Shown here one piece after another: positions 21,275 through 29,195 of a DNA stretch of 47,497 nt. The position numbers and the translations under genes were made by a program. Numbering within the stretch: the stretch's first letter is position 1; each line of letters begins with the position of its first letter. Source of the DNA: Desulfatiglandales bacterium (GTDB lineage: Bacteria; Desulfobacterota; DSM-4660; Desulfatiglandales; HGW-15); contig JAQYVK010000066.1 in NCBI GenBank assembly GCA_030145585.1, positions 1 to 47,497 of the forward strand, read 5' to 3'. The notes under the pieces were generated by a model. It saw only the letters and a list, made by a program, of their open reading frames with translations. It ran no database searches and had not been told where the DNA came from.

Positions 21275-21282
21275 GAAGGAAA

Positions 21283-22029
21283 ATGATTGAGATAAAAGAT
21301 CTACATAAATCATTTGCCGGTGTCAAAGTGCTCAATGGGATCACGCTGGATGTGAAAAAAGGAGAAATTCTTGCTCTGATCGGGGGAAGCGGGCAAGGTA
21401 AAAGTGTTTTGTTAAAGCATATGGCCGGCCTGATAAAACCGGATCAGGGGCAGGTCCTGGTTGATGGTAAAGAGATAGCCAAACTGCGGGGTAAAACGCT
21501 TTCACAATTGAGGAGACGCCTGGGATTTCTTTTCCAGGGCGGCGCCTTGTTCGACTCCATGACCGTTTTCGACAATGTCGCTTTCCCTTTACGCGAAAAA
21601 ACCAAACTTGGGGAAACGGAGATCAGGAAAAGGGTGATTCATGAATTGGAGCAGGTCGGACTTTCCGGAGAGGAAGAAAAATACCCCACCCAACTCAGTG
21701 GCGGTATGATCAAGCGAGCGGCCCTTGTCCGCGAGCTGATATGGAAACCGGAGATCATGTTTTTTGATGAGCCCACTGCGGGACTGGATCCTATCATCGG
21801 CCAGACGATCATGAACCTTATCGACGCCATCCATGAACGGTTCCCCTTCACGGGTATAATCGTCACTCATGAGATCCCCAAAGTATTTGATATTGTCAAG
21901 AAGGTAGCCATGCTTCATGAGGGGGCTATATTGAAAGAAGGGTCACCCGAAGAGATCGTTTCTTCTGATGACCCAATTGTACAGCAGTTTATAAAGGGAG
22001 AGACCGAGGGGCCGATAACATATTATTAA
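21283..22029 (+). CDS. mlaF: MlaF-type ABC transporter ATP-binding protein
   Basis: Walker A GGSGQGKS, signature LSGGMIKRAAL, Walker B MFFDEPTAGLDP. Start at ATG 21283 (MIEIKDLHKSF) with GAAGGA upstream; the longer track ORF overlaps mlaE. Confidence 0.92.
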   Translation: MIEIKDLHKSFAGVKVLNGITLDVKKGEILALIGGSGQGKSVLLKHMAGLIKPDQGQVLVDGKEIAKLRGKTLSQLRRRLGFLFQGGALFDSMTVFDNVAFPLREKTKLGETEIRKRVIHELEQVGLSGEEEKYPTQLSGGMIKRAALVRELIWKPEIMFFDEPTAGLDPIIGQTIMNLIDAIHERFPFTGIIVTHEIPKVFDIVKKVAMLHEGAILKEGSPEEIVSSDDPIVQQFIKGETEGPITYY

Positions 22030-22101
22030 TAGCCGTTAGAGATCATTTCAAAAATACAGAAGGGCAGATCTCGGCATCCGGCTTGGCTGGTAATGACCTA
22101 A

Positions 22102-22213
22102 GGGTCCAAGGGTCCAAGGGTCCAAGGATTCAAGTGAATTGAAAAACGAATATCGAATTTCGAATTATGAAGTTTTTTTTCCTTCGACATTCGTTATTCC
22201 TTGTTCGATATTC
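22102..22213. repeat. tandem GGGTCCAAG x3 plus GGATTCAAGTG (family A), directly followed by a family-B-like imperfect hairpin of about 75 nt (CGAATATCGAATTTCGAATTATGAAG-T8C-CTTCGACATTCGTTATTCC..TTCGATATTC)
   Basis: Read directly; lies in the mlaF-mlaD spacer. Confidence 0.6.
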
Positions 22214-22513
22214 TGCGGTTCTGTTTTATAGGTCCTTGACCTCGAAACACTTTTCTACTTTTGAGATGCCCTCTGGTGTACATAATGAATATTTTCAGGG
22301 CAAACCACCATTGATCACAATTTAGGCCCACGTGTCTCACTGTTTTTGGAAACTGTTGATTGGTTGTATTGCCTTACTGACTAATGGCATTATTTTAAAA
22401 GAGGGGCCATGGGGCATTTCCGACCGGACCGGCGGGTTCTCGGTTGCTCTTTTCACGGCACTTGGCTTAAAACTTATTTAAGGCACGATTTATTTGTTAT
22501 CTTTTCGTGGTTT

Positions 22514-22528
22514 TGGCACATTTGATGC
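22514..22528 (+). promoter_or_regulatory. sigma54-type -24/-12 candidate (TGGCAC-N5-ATGC) upstream of mlaD
   Basis: TGGCACATTTGATGC has GG and GC at the canonical spacing, about 90 nt upstream of ATG 22619. The -12 element is ATGC rather than TTGC. Confidence 0.3.
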
Positions 22529-22618
22529 TACCATATGAGCAATCCGCAACAGTCAATTGGGACGACTCGCATGAAGGGTTGTTTGGAATAGGGTTGCCCT
22601 ATTCGTCAGGAGATAAAA

Positions 22619-23059
22619 ATGAGGAAATTTGATCTTGAACTGTCAGTGGGTGTATTCCTCCTTGCAGGGATTCTCTGCCTTGGATACCTCTCCATAAAGT
22701 TGGCTAAGATGGAGGTTATGGGGGGTTCGGGATATGAGTTGGTAGCTCAATTTGCCAACATTGGAGGTTTAAAAGAGGGATCTTCTGTCGTCATTGCCGG
22801 GGTTGATGTCGGTCGAGTGAAGTCGATCCGCTTGGAAGATTATGAAGCCGAGGTGGTTCTGGTGCTTCCTCAGGAAATAGAAATTCAAGAAGACGCCATT
22901 GCGTCCATCAAGACAAAAGGTTTGATCGGAGAAAAGTTTATACAGATCACGCCGGGAGGGTCCGATATGATCATGAAGTCAGGGGATCGTATACGGGAAA
23001 CAGAACCGGCTGTGGATATGGAGGCCTTGATCTCCAATTTTGTCTTTGGGAAGATATAG
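22619..23059 (+). CDS. mlaD: MlaD-like MCE-domain protein
   Basis: N-terminal TM then MCE pattern: GGLKEGSSVVIAGVDVGRVKSI.L......V.L......I..D..ASI.T.GLIGEKFI.I.PG. Confidence 0.88.
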   Translation: MRKFDLELSVGVFLLAGILCLGYLSIKLAKMEVMGGSGYELVAQFANIGGLKEGSSVVIAGVDVGRVKSIRLEDYEAEVVLVLPQEIEIQEDAIASIKTKGLIGEKFIQITPGGSDMIMKSGDRIRETEPAVDMEALISNFVFGKI

Positions 23060-23080
23060 ACATACAGGGAGGTATGTATA

Positions 23081-23704
23081 GTGGTTAAAGTTCTATTCAA
23101 CATAATGCTGCCCCTCCTTATGACCTTGGTGTTTTCAGCCCCGGTCTTTGGTGGGGCGCCAACTGATCAAGTCAAAGGGACAACCGATAAGATTCTCGCA
23201 ATTCTGACGGATCCCGCTCTAAAGGCTCCTGAAATGATCGAGGAAAAGAAGAGAATGATTCGGAAGGTCGTGGATGAACGCTTTGATTGGACGGCGATTT
23301 CTCGTAGGGCCTTGGGCAGACACTGGAAGAAAATGACGACTGATGAAAAGAAAGCGTTCGTCCCGCTCTTTGGACAAATGTTGGAGCAGACCTATCTGAG
23401 TAGGGTGGGAGAATATTCCGGTGAGAGGGTGTCTTATGAAGATGAAAAGGTTGATGGTACCTATGGCGTGGTAAAGGTGAAAATCACTTCCGACACCCAT
23501 GGAGTGATTTCGGTCAAATACCGCGTCTGGAACAAAAAAGATGAATGGTTAATCTATGACATCTCCATAGAAGGTGTCAGTCTGGTGAATAACTATCGAA
23601 GTCAATTCAACACTATTCTCATGAAATCAACACCCAGTGACCTGATTAAAAAGTTGGAGGAGAAGGTCAAGTCGGAAACGGTCAAAACAGTGGGAAACAA
23701 TTAG
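23081..23704 (+). CDS. mlaC: MlaC/Ttg2D-family phospholipid-binding periplasmic protein
   Basis: Signal peptide, then FDWTAISRRALGRHWKKMTTDEKKAFVPLFGQMLEQTY and WLIYDISIEGVSLVNNYRSQF. GTG start 8 nt after AGGGAGG. Confidence 0.85.
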   Translation: MVKVLFNIMLPLLMTLVFSAPVFGGAPTDQVKGTTDKILAILTDPALKAPEMIEEKKRMIRKVVDERFDWTAISRRALGRHWKKMTTDEKKAFVPLFGQMLEQTYLSRVGEYSGERVSYEDEKVDGTYGVVKVKITSDTHGVISVKYRVWNKKDEWLIYDISIEGVSLVNNYRSQFNTILMKSTPSDLIKKLEEKVKSETVKTVGNN

Positions 23705-23731
23705 AGGTTCTAAGGGAGGAGTCTCACTTTT

Positions 23732-24634
23732 ATGGGTAGGGTTCATTGGTTAATTAGATATTCCATACTTTCCATTATCATCCCCGGTGTCTTAATCTTC
23801 ACCCAATCCCGTGAGGCATCATCTTCAGAACTATCGGACCTCTTCGATGAGCACCCGATCGAATTTGTCGGACTCGTATCGGCCTATGGAGAAGGTAACG
23901 CCATATTGATTGCACAAAAGCAGGAGGAGGGGGATGAGGATTCCCCGCAGCCTGCTCCACCTGAGGAGGAAGAACCGTTCCCCGACGAAGACTTCCCTGA
24001 CGACGATTTGCCCCTCGATGAGGCGGTCGGGATTGCAGACCCTCTAGAACCGATCAACAGGGCCTTTTTTGTATTTAACGACAAGATGTATTTCTGGGTT
24101 TTAAAACCCCTAGCCTCCGGCTATAAGTATGTGGCCCCGGAACCCGTCAGGGTCGGGGTAGGTAATTTTTTTTATAACCTGGCTTTTCCGATCCGCTTCG
24201 TCAGCTGCGCACTCCAGGGTAAGGTTTTTGAGGCAAGCGAAGAGATCAGACGTTTTGTGGTGAATACGACTGTAGGCGTGGCAGGTTTTATAGATGTGGC
24301 CACCCACAAAATGGAAATTAAAAAATATGAAGAAGATTTGGGCCAGACCTTCGGCCTCTGGGGCATAGGACCCGGATTTTATATCAATTGGCCAATATTG
24401 GGACCTTCCAACGTTCGTGATACATTTGGATTCGTTGGAGATGCCTTTCTCTACCCAGTGAGCTTTATCATAGAACCAAGTGGATATACTTTGGCCATAA
24501 ACGCCTTTGATATTGTCAATCAGACCTCCCTCCGGATTGGTGACTACGAGGATTTAAAAAAGGCCGCCTTCGACCCCTACGTCGCCCTCAGAGACGCCTA
24601 TTATCAAAATCGCAGGAGCAAGATCGAAGAATAA
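23732..24634 (+). CDS. mlaA: MlaA/VacJ-family lipoprotein with an acidic low-complexity insert
   Basis: DPLEPINRAFFVFND, NLAFPIRFVSCALQGK, NTTVGVAGFIDVA, EDLGQTFGLWG...GFYINWPILGPSNVRD. Confidence 0.88.
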   Translation: MGRVHWLIRYSILSIIIPGVLIFTQSREASSSELSDLFDEHPIEFVGLVSAYGEGNAILIAQKQEEGDEDSPQPAPPEEEEPFPDEDFPDDDLPLDEAVGIADPLEPINRAFFVFNDKMYFWVLKPLASGYKYVAPEPVRVGVGNFFYNLAFPIRFVSCALQGKVFEASEEIRRFVVNTTVGVAGFIDVATHKMEIKKYEEDLGQTFGLWGIGPGFYINWPILGPSNVRDTFGFVGDAFLYPVSFIIEPSGYTLAINAFDIVNQTSLRIGDYEDLKKAAFDPYVALRDAYYQNRRSKIEE

Positions 24635-24655
24635 TGATAGAGCCCGATAGCGGCA

Positions 24656-25693
24656 TTAGAATTCAATGCCTTTCCGGGCTTTTATGCCTTTTTTGAGGGG
24701 ATGTTTAATCTCCTTCATTTCAATCACGGATGATGCCCCATCCATGACATCTTTGTGAGCGTTTCGGCCACTCAGGATGAGATGGAGGTTGCGGGGCTTC
24801 AAAAAAAGCAACTCCCGGACCCTCTCAGGCCGGATCAAGGCATAGCGGGTCGCGATATTTATTTCATCTAAGACGACGAGGCCGTATTCAAGGGAAAAGA
24901 TTTCTCTGAGACAGGCTTCCCACGCCGACCTGGCTGCATCCAGATGTTTACGGTCCGGGACCTCGCCGGAGGTTCTCAAAAAACCTTCTCCCAGGGTTTC
25001 AATGTCCAGACCGGGTAATTTTTCGATGGCTCGGACCTCCCCGTAGGCCTTTGGGGATTTGATGAACTGCAAGATCTTGGCACGAATCCCGATACCGGAC
25101 ATCAGCATTGCTTTCCCCAAACAATAGGTCGTTTTGCCTTTCCCGTTTCCGGTGACCACTTCTGTGGGAGCACAGTCAGGGTCATCAGAATCACCGAGAG
25201 CTTCCTCTTTTTCACCATGGGTTACCATCTCAGTGATCAGATCGGCCCGTTCCAGGACCTCCTTATCTGCGTCCGGCCCTGAGAGGACCAGTTCAACATG
25301 CTTTGGTTTCCGTTGGATCAAGTCCAGGAGCGCGTTCGATGGAATGATTCCCTGATTCACGATTCGGTTGATTCCATTCAGAACAACCACATCGAATTGC
25401 CCCCCCTCCAAGGCCTCTTTAGATATTTTAAAAGAACGTTTGATGTCATCAATTTCGGTTGGGTTCCAATCCGAACCAGTGACGTTTTGTTCTCCCTGAG
25501 GCTGGTGAATGAACAGGTTGGGCTTCAAAAGGTCGGAGATCAGAAGGGCACCATCCATCAATTCAGAGGGTGTGAAACAGGATATGTGAACGCGGAGGTT
25601 ACGGCCCACGGCCCGAAGGCCCAAACCCAATGGAACGAAATTTGTCCCTGCACAATTTCCTGTATAAACTTGGATTAAACCTGTTTTCAGCAT
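24656..25693 (-). CDS. tandem-duplicated CobA/CobO/BtuR-type ATP:corrinoid adenosyltransferase; N-terminal copy degenerate
   Basis: The C-terminal half has an intact P-loop and family motifs: VVTGNGKGKTTYCLG, ILQFIKS, VVLDEINIA, ILSGRNA, IEMKEIKHP...GIKARKGIEF. The N-terminal half aligns to the same pattern but reads GNCAGTNF and VVLNGINRI. Confidence 0.75.
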   Translation of the reverse strand: MLKTGLIQVYTGNCAGTNFVPLGLGLRAVGRNLRVHISCFTPSELMDGALLISDLLKPNLFIHQPQGEQNVTGSDWNPTEIDDIKRSFKISKEALEGGQFDVVVLNGINRIVNQGIIPSNALLDLIQRKPKHVELVLSGPDADKEVLERADLITEMVTHGEKEEALGDSDDPDCAPTEVVTGNGKGKTTYCLGKAMLMSGIGIRAKILQFIKSPKAYGEVRAIEKLPGLDIETLGEGFLRTSGEVPDRKHLDAARSAWEACLREIFSLEYGLVVLDEINIATRYALIRPERVRELLFLKPRNLHLILSGRNAHKDVMDGASSVIEMKEIKHPLKKGIKARKGIEF

Positions 25694-25768
25694 GAGAATT
25701 CCAATTTAAGGAAACTTAGAAAATCCGGTCCTGATTGCCGGATCAGAGTCAATTGGCTATGCCGAGAA

Positions 25769-26081
25769 AGATGACACAAAAATTTAAATTCGAAATCCGA
25801 ATATCGAAATCCGAAACAAATTCAAAACTATAATGTTCCAATGACAGAAACAAAAACACCAGGTCGCAGTCTGCAATTGAATGTCGCACTGCGCCGTTTC
25901 GGTCATTTGGATTTTGGTCATTTGATATTGCCCGCCCTGTTAAACAGCTCGTAGAATATTTAAATCATAAATAAGCAACATAATGTATATGCGAACACGG
26001 CCACAGCCAGTAACATATTATTTAACAGGGTAAAAATTTCGGATTTCGAGATTCGAATTTTATTCGCTCTATAGGGCGATG
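25769..26081. repeat. family-B composite hairpin repeat, copy 1 (TIRs AAATTCGAAATCCGAATATCGAAATCCGAAA / TTTCGGATTTCGAGATTCGAATTT; nested 137-bp core 25925-26061)
   Basis: Aligns end to end with 35701-36035; details are in the findings. Confidence 0.85.
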
Positions 26082-26126
26082 CCTCTCCTTGTAGATGGCA
26101 AATAAGGGTCATATCGATCTTCCAAG

Positions 26127-27137
26127 TTACTGCTGACCCAATCCATAGGCCTTCCCCGTCTCGACCATGGTTTTCAGATTTTCCACCGGTGTATTGGGGG
26201 GGACACCGCATCCACTCATTAGGATGTATCGGCTTGTTCCAGCGGTGCGAAGACAGTTGAGGGTGTCTTTCTCAACCTGCTCCCGAGTCCCCATGAGTAA
26301 AGATTGGACAGGATCCACATTCCCACCAAGCACCGCATCAGGGACCGTTGTCCTTGACTCTGTTAACCCCATACATTGGTCCAGGCTGAGGACATCTGCT
26401 CCCGTTTCTCCCATGCTGCTCAATATTGGTGAGGTATCACCACAAATGTGCAGGATGCAAGGGACATCCAGGTGGCTGATAAGGGATTGAAGTCTGGGTA
26501 AGACGAGCTCTCTGAACATATGAGGGGAGATCATGGTGGATGAGGCCGTCGGGTCGGGGATGAAGAGCACATTTGCACCACTCTCGATAAGGGCCCGACC
26601 AAAATCAAGCAGGAAGGTGTTGATTTTATCAAGCAGGGTTTCCAACACAGGTCGGTTTTTGTAAACCATGCGTAGGATCAAATCTGGTTCGATGAGCCGG
26701 CATATGGTCGTAAATGCCGCTTCAAACAGACCAATAACCGGAACATCTCCACCACCATAGGCGTTTAATCCGCGTATGGTTTCATGGATGACAGGAAACC
26801 TTCCATCTTCTCTTGGGTCAGGGATCCGGATCCTGCTGAGATCTTCATGTGAATGGATCTCAATGGCTAAAGGATCTGCAATGGGACCCGTGGGAGGGAA
26901 ACGCACTTTACAACCAAAGGCCTCAGGGACATATAAAGCGTCGGCACAGGCAAAAAAGGCATCATATCCTACCGCCTCCATGGCCTTGATGTGGGCATCG
27001 ATGATCAGTTTGGGGTCCCGGGCCGTTTCGGAAAGGGGAACATTGGAAAAGTTGATGGCCGCCCAGCCGCTGATGGAGGGGAATATGGGGACGCGGTCCT
27101 TTGGCTCACCATTTAGGGCATCCATGAAACGTGCCAT
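26127..27137 (-). CDS. uroporphyrinogen-decarboxylase-fold (URO-D) family protein, MtaA/CmuA-like methyltransferase type
   Basis: N-terminal F..AL.GE..DRVPIFP, then DA...A.D..YVPEAFGC.V.F, H.CG.T. ATG 27137 is preferred (GGAG 9 nt upstream); the track start at 27152 is TTG. Confidence 0.75.
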   Translation of the reverse strand: MARFMDALNGEPKDRVPIFPSISGWAAINFSNVPLSETARDPKLIIDAHIKAMEAVGYDAFFACADALYVPEAFGCKVRFPPTGPIADPLAIEIHSHEDLSRIRIPDPREDGRFPVIHETIRGLNAYGGGDVPVIGLFEAAFTTICRLIEPDLILRMVYKNRPVLETLLDKINTFLLDFGRALIESGANVLFIPDPTASSTMISPHMFRELVLPRLQSLISHLDVPCILHICGDTSPILSSMGETGADVLSLDQCMGLTESRTTVPDAVLGGNVDPVQSLLMGTREQVEKDTLNCLRTAGTSRYILMSGCGVPPNTPVENLKTMVETGKAYGLGQQ

Positions 27138-27573
27138 CCCAGTATACTCCAAGACCCTTCACCCCCTTTTCCATCCCTATTATTCCAGTATTTGTGATTT
27201 ATGGCCTTCAGTGAACATAAATGATTCGAATCAATTTATCAATCGGATTCATAGGGTTCTACTAGAATAGAAATCTTTACTGCCCTTACGATTAGTGTTA
27301 TGTTTATGTGAAAAAGCCAGTATACTTTGTGCTATGCTCAATAATGAGTCCATAAATGTGTTAGATGGGCAAAGCGCTTGATTCTGCCAAGCTTTTTCAG
27401 GCTTTCCGACTGAAAGGGACTTTCAGTAAGAAAGTAAGAAGAACCTCCGACCTCTGATCGGGGTTTCTTCGTCTTCCAGAACTTCCATCCGGGGTCCCAT
27501 TAGACTATTTGTCGGAACAAACGCCCCGGTCTAAGGATGAAGGGAAGGCAATGAACCAAGAAGGAGATGCCAC

Positions 27574-29190
27574 ATGACAGAGCAGTCGAAAATGGATCCC
27601 GAAGTTTTATCCATGGTACTTGATACCATATCCAAACTGGAAAGAGAGAAGCTCTCGCTGGAAGTGAAGCTGGAAATGGACCAAAAAGGGGATTTCCCCA
27701 TGGAGCTTGTCCGTTTCATGCAAGGCCCGGAAATTGGCCTACATCTGATTTTTATACCGGAAGAGTATGGGGGGCTTGGGGCCGGGGCAAGAGAAATCGC
27801 CATCGTTTCTGAGAGAATGGCAAAGATGGACCTGGGCGTGGCCACGTCTTTCTTGGCTATATGTTTGGGTATGGATCCCATCGTGGTAGGGTCCACACCG
27901 GAACAAAAAGAGAAGTATATTACTAAAATCGCAAATGAGGGTCTCATCGTTGCGTATGGTGTGACGGAACCGGAGGCGGGGTCCAATATACAGTCCCTGA
28001 AGACCAAGGCGGAAAGGATCCTGGATGACGAAGGGCATATCACCGGCTACAAGATCAATGGTCAGAAACAGTTTATCACCAACGGTGGTGTGGCTGACCT
28101 CTACACGATTCTGGCGGATACGCCGGAGGGCCCCTCGTTTTTTATCGTAGAGGCGGGGGCCGAAGGATTGTCTGCGGGAAAGCATGAAGACAAACATGGG
28201 ATCAGGGCATCCGATACCTGCCCCCTGGTATTTGAAGACCTGTTTGTGCCGGTGGAAAATCTCGTAGGAGGCGTTGAGGGTCAGGGGCTGAAGCAGTCCA
28301 ATCAGGTTTTTGGATACACCAGGCTCATGGTGGCCACCTTTGGGCTGGGTGGCGGCATGGCGGCCCTTGAGAAGACGATTGCCTATTCAAAGGAGAGGAT
28401 ACAATTTGGCGGCCCCCTGTCTGAGAAACAGGGCTATACACACCAGTTACTGGTGCCTAACGCCGTCCGATTGGAAGCGGCACGTGCCTATATCGAGGAA
28501 ACAGCCATCAGGTTGGACAGTGGCGAAGAGGATCTCCAATTGGAGGGCTCCATTTCCAAGTATTTCGCCACAGAGGTCGGAGATGGTGCGGCCAATGACG
28601 CCATTCAAGGTTTGGGCGGCTACGGCTATATCAGGGAATTTGAAGTTGAAAAGATCAAACGAGATATAAAGATTACAACAATCTTTGAGGGCACCAGCGA
28701 GATTCAAAGAAACATCATATCCCTGTTCCGAATGAGGGAGATCGTACGTTCCAAGGGAAAGTTCTACCAGGAGATGGTTGAAAAATTGAAAGGATTGCCG
28801 GAAGTGTCCGGGGCCCAACTCCTGGCCGAGGCAATCTCAATTTTGAACGATATGGTTATTAGGGTAAGGAAGTTGAAATTGACCAGGGCCCAGTATGTCA
28901 TGTTCCTACTGGCCGATATGATAACATGGTGTGAGGTCGGTGATGCCCTTTGTAATAAGGCTGCTCAATATGAGAGCGGGGATCGAAGTCAGGAATTCAT
29001 GCAGGCGGCCGCCCGTCTCTTTGTCGGGGAAGTCGTGGAAAAGGTCTACATCAATGGGCTTAAAATCGCCAGGGGTTATGACCATGATATGGGCGAAGTG
29101 CTCAATCGGCTCGGTTCCCTTGATATGGGACAAGCGATGAAAGGCCATCTAATAGATATGGATCTAATAGGCGCCGAATTGGTGAAATAA
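27574..29190 (+). CDS. acyl-CoA dehydrogenase with a C-terminal extension of about 150 aa
   Basis: AYGVTEPEAGSN, QKQFITNGG, the IFEGTSEIQRNII catalytic-Glu region; AAGGAG RBS. About 150 residues follow the canonical ACAD end. Confidence 0.88.
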   Translation: MTEQSKMDPEVLSMVLDTISKLEREKLSLEVKLEMDQKGDFPMELVRFMQGPEIGLHLIFIPEEYGGLGAGAREIAIVSERMAKMDLGVATSFLAICLGMDPIVVGSTPEQKEKYITKIANEGLIVAYGVTEPEAGSNIQSLKTKAERILDDEGHITGYKINGQKQFITNGGVADLYTILADTPEGPSFFIVEAGAEGLSAGKHEDKHGIRASDTCPLVFEDLFVPVENLVGGVEGQGLKQSNQVFGYTRLMVATFGLGGGMAALEKTIAYSKERIQFGGPLSEKQGYTHQLLVPNAVRLEAARAYIEETAIRLDSGEEDLQLEGSISKYFATEVGDGAANDAIQGLGGYGYIREFEVEKIKRDIKITTIFEGTSEIQRNIISLFRMREIVRSKGKFYQEMVEKLKGLPEVSGAQLLAEAISILNDMVIRVRKLKLTRAQYVMFLLADMITWCEVGDALCNKAAQYESGDRSQEFMQAAARLFVGEVVEKVYINGLKIARGYDHDMGEVLNRLGSLDMGQAMKGHLIDMDLIGAELVK

Positions 29191-29195
29191 TCATT

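Noticed and set aside
21172-21282. Upstream extension of the mlaF ORF (285-aa version). Similar 5' extensions exist for resB (to 40356), the BFN-PDZ gene (to 2796), rhodanese (to 33698) and the M20 hydrolase (from 45958).
   Set aside because: The extensions overlap neighbouring genes or lack an RBS. Internal ATGs with good Shine-Dalgarno sequences give the family-typical N-termini.
22102-22128. Tandem GGGTCCAAG x3, considered as a possible CRISPR array or satellite.
   Set aside because: It is only three 9-bp units with no spacers. It is part of the family-A repeat vocabulary, and there are no cas genes.
22296-22309. CAGGGCAAACCACC resembles the 5' conserved segment of the c-di-GMP-I (GEMM) riboswitch.
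   Set aside because: The downstream GNRA-capped P1 hairpin and the ACGCAAAGCC second half are absent, so the match is a chance 12-mer.
25694-25768. Possible cobalamin riboswitch in front of the CobA-like gene.
   Set aside because: No B12-box (GCCACTG-like) or the surrounding conserved stems are visible. The spacer is occupied by the family-B repeat.
25960-26211. 83-aa ORF overlapping the 3' end of the URO-D-like gene and family-B copy 1.
   Set aside because: The long form overlaps a real gene out of frame and crosses the repeat boundary. Only its last 18 codons (the mini-ORF 25960..26016) are conserved in copy 2, and those are reported separately as a hypothesis.
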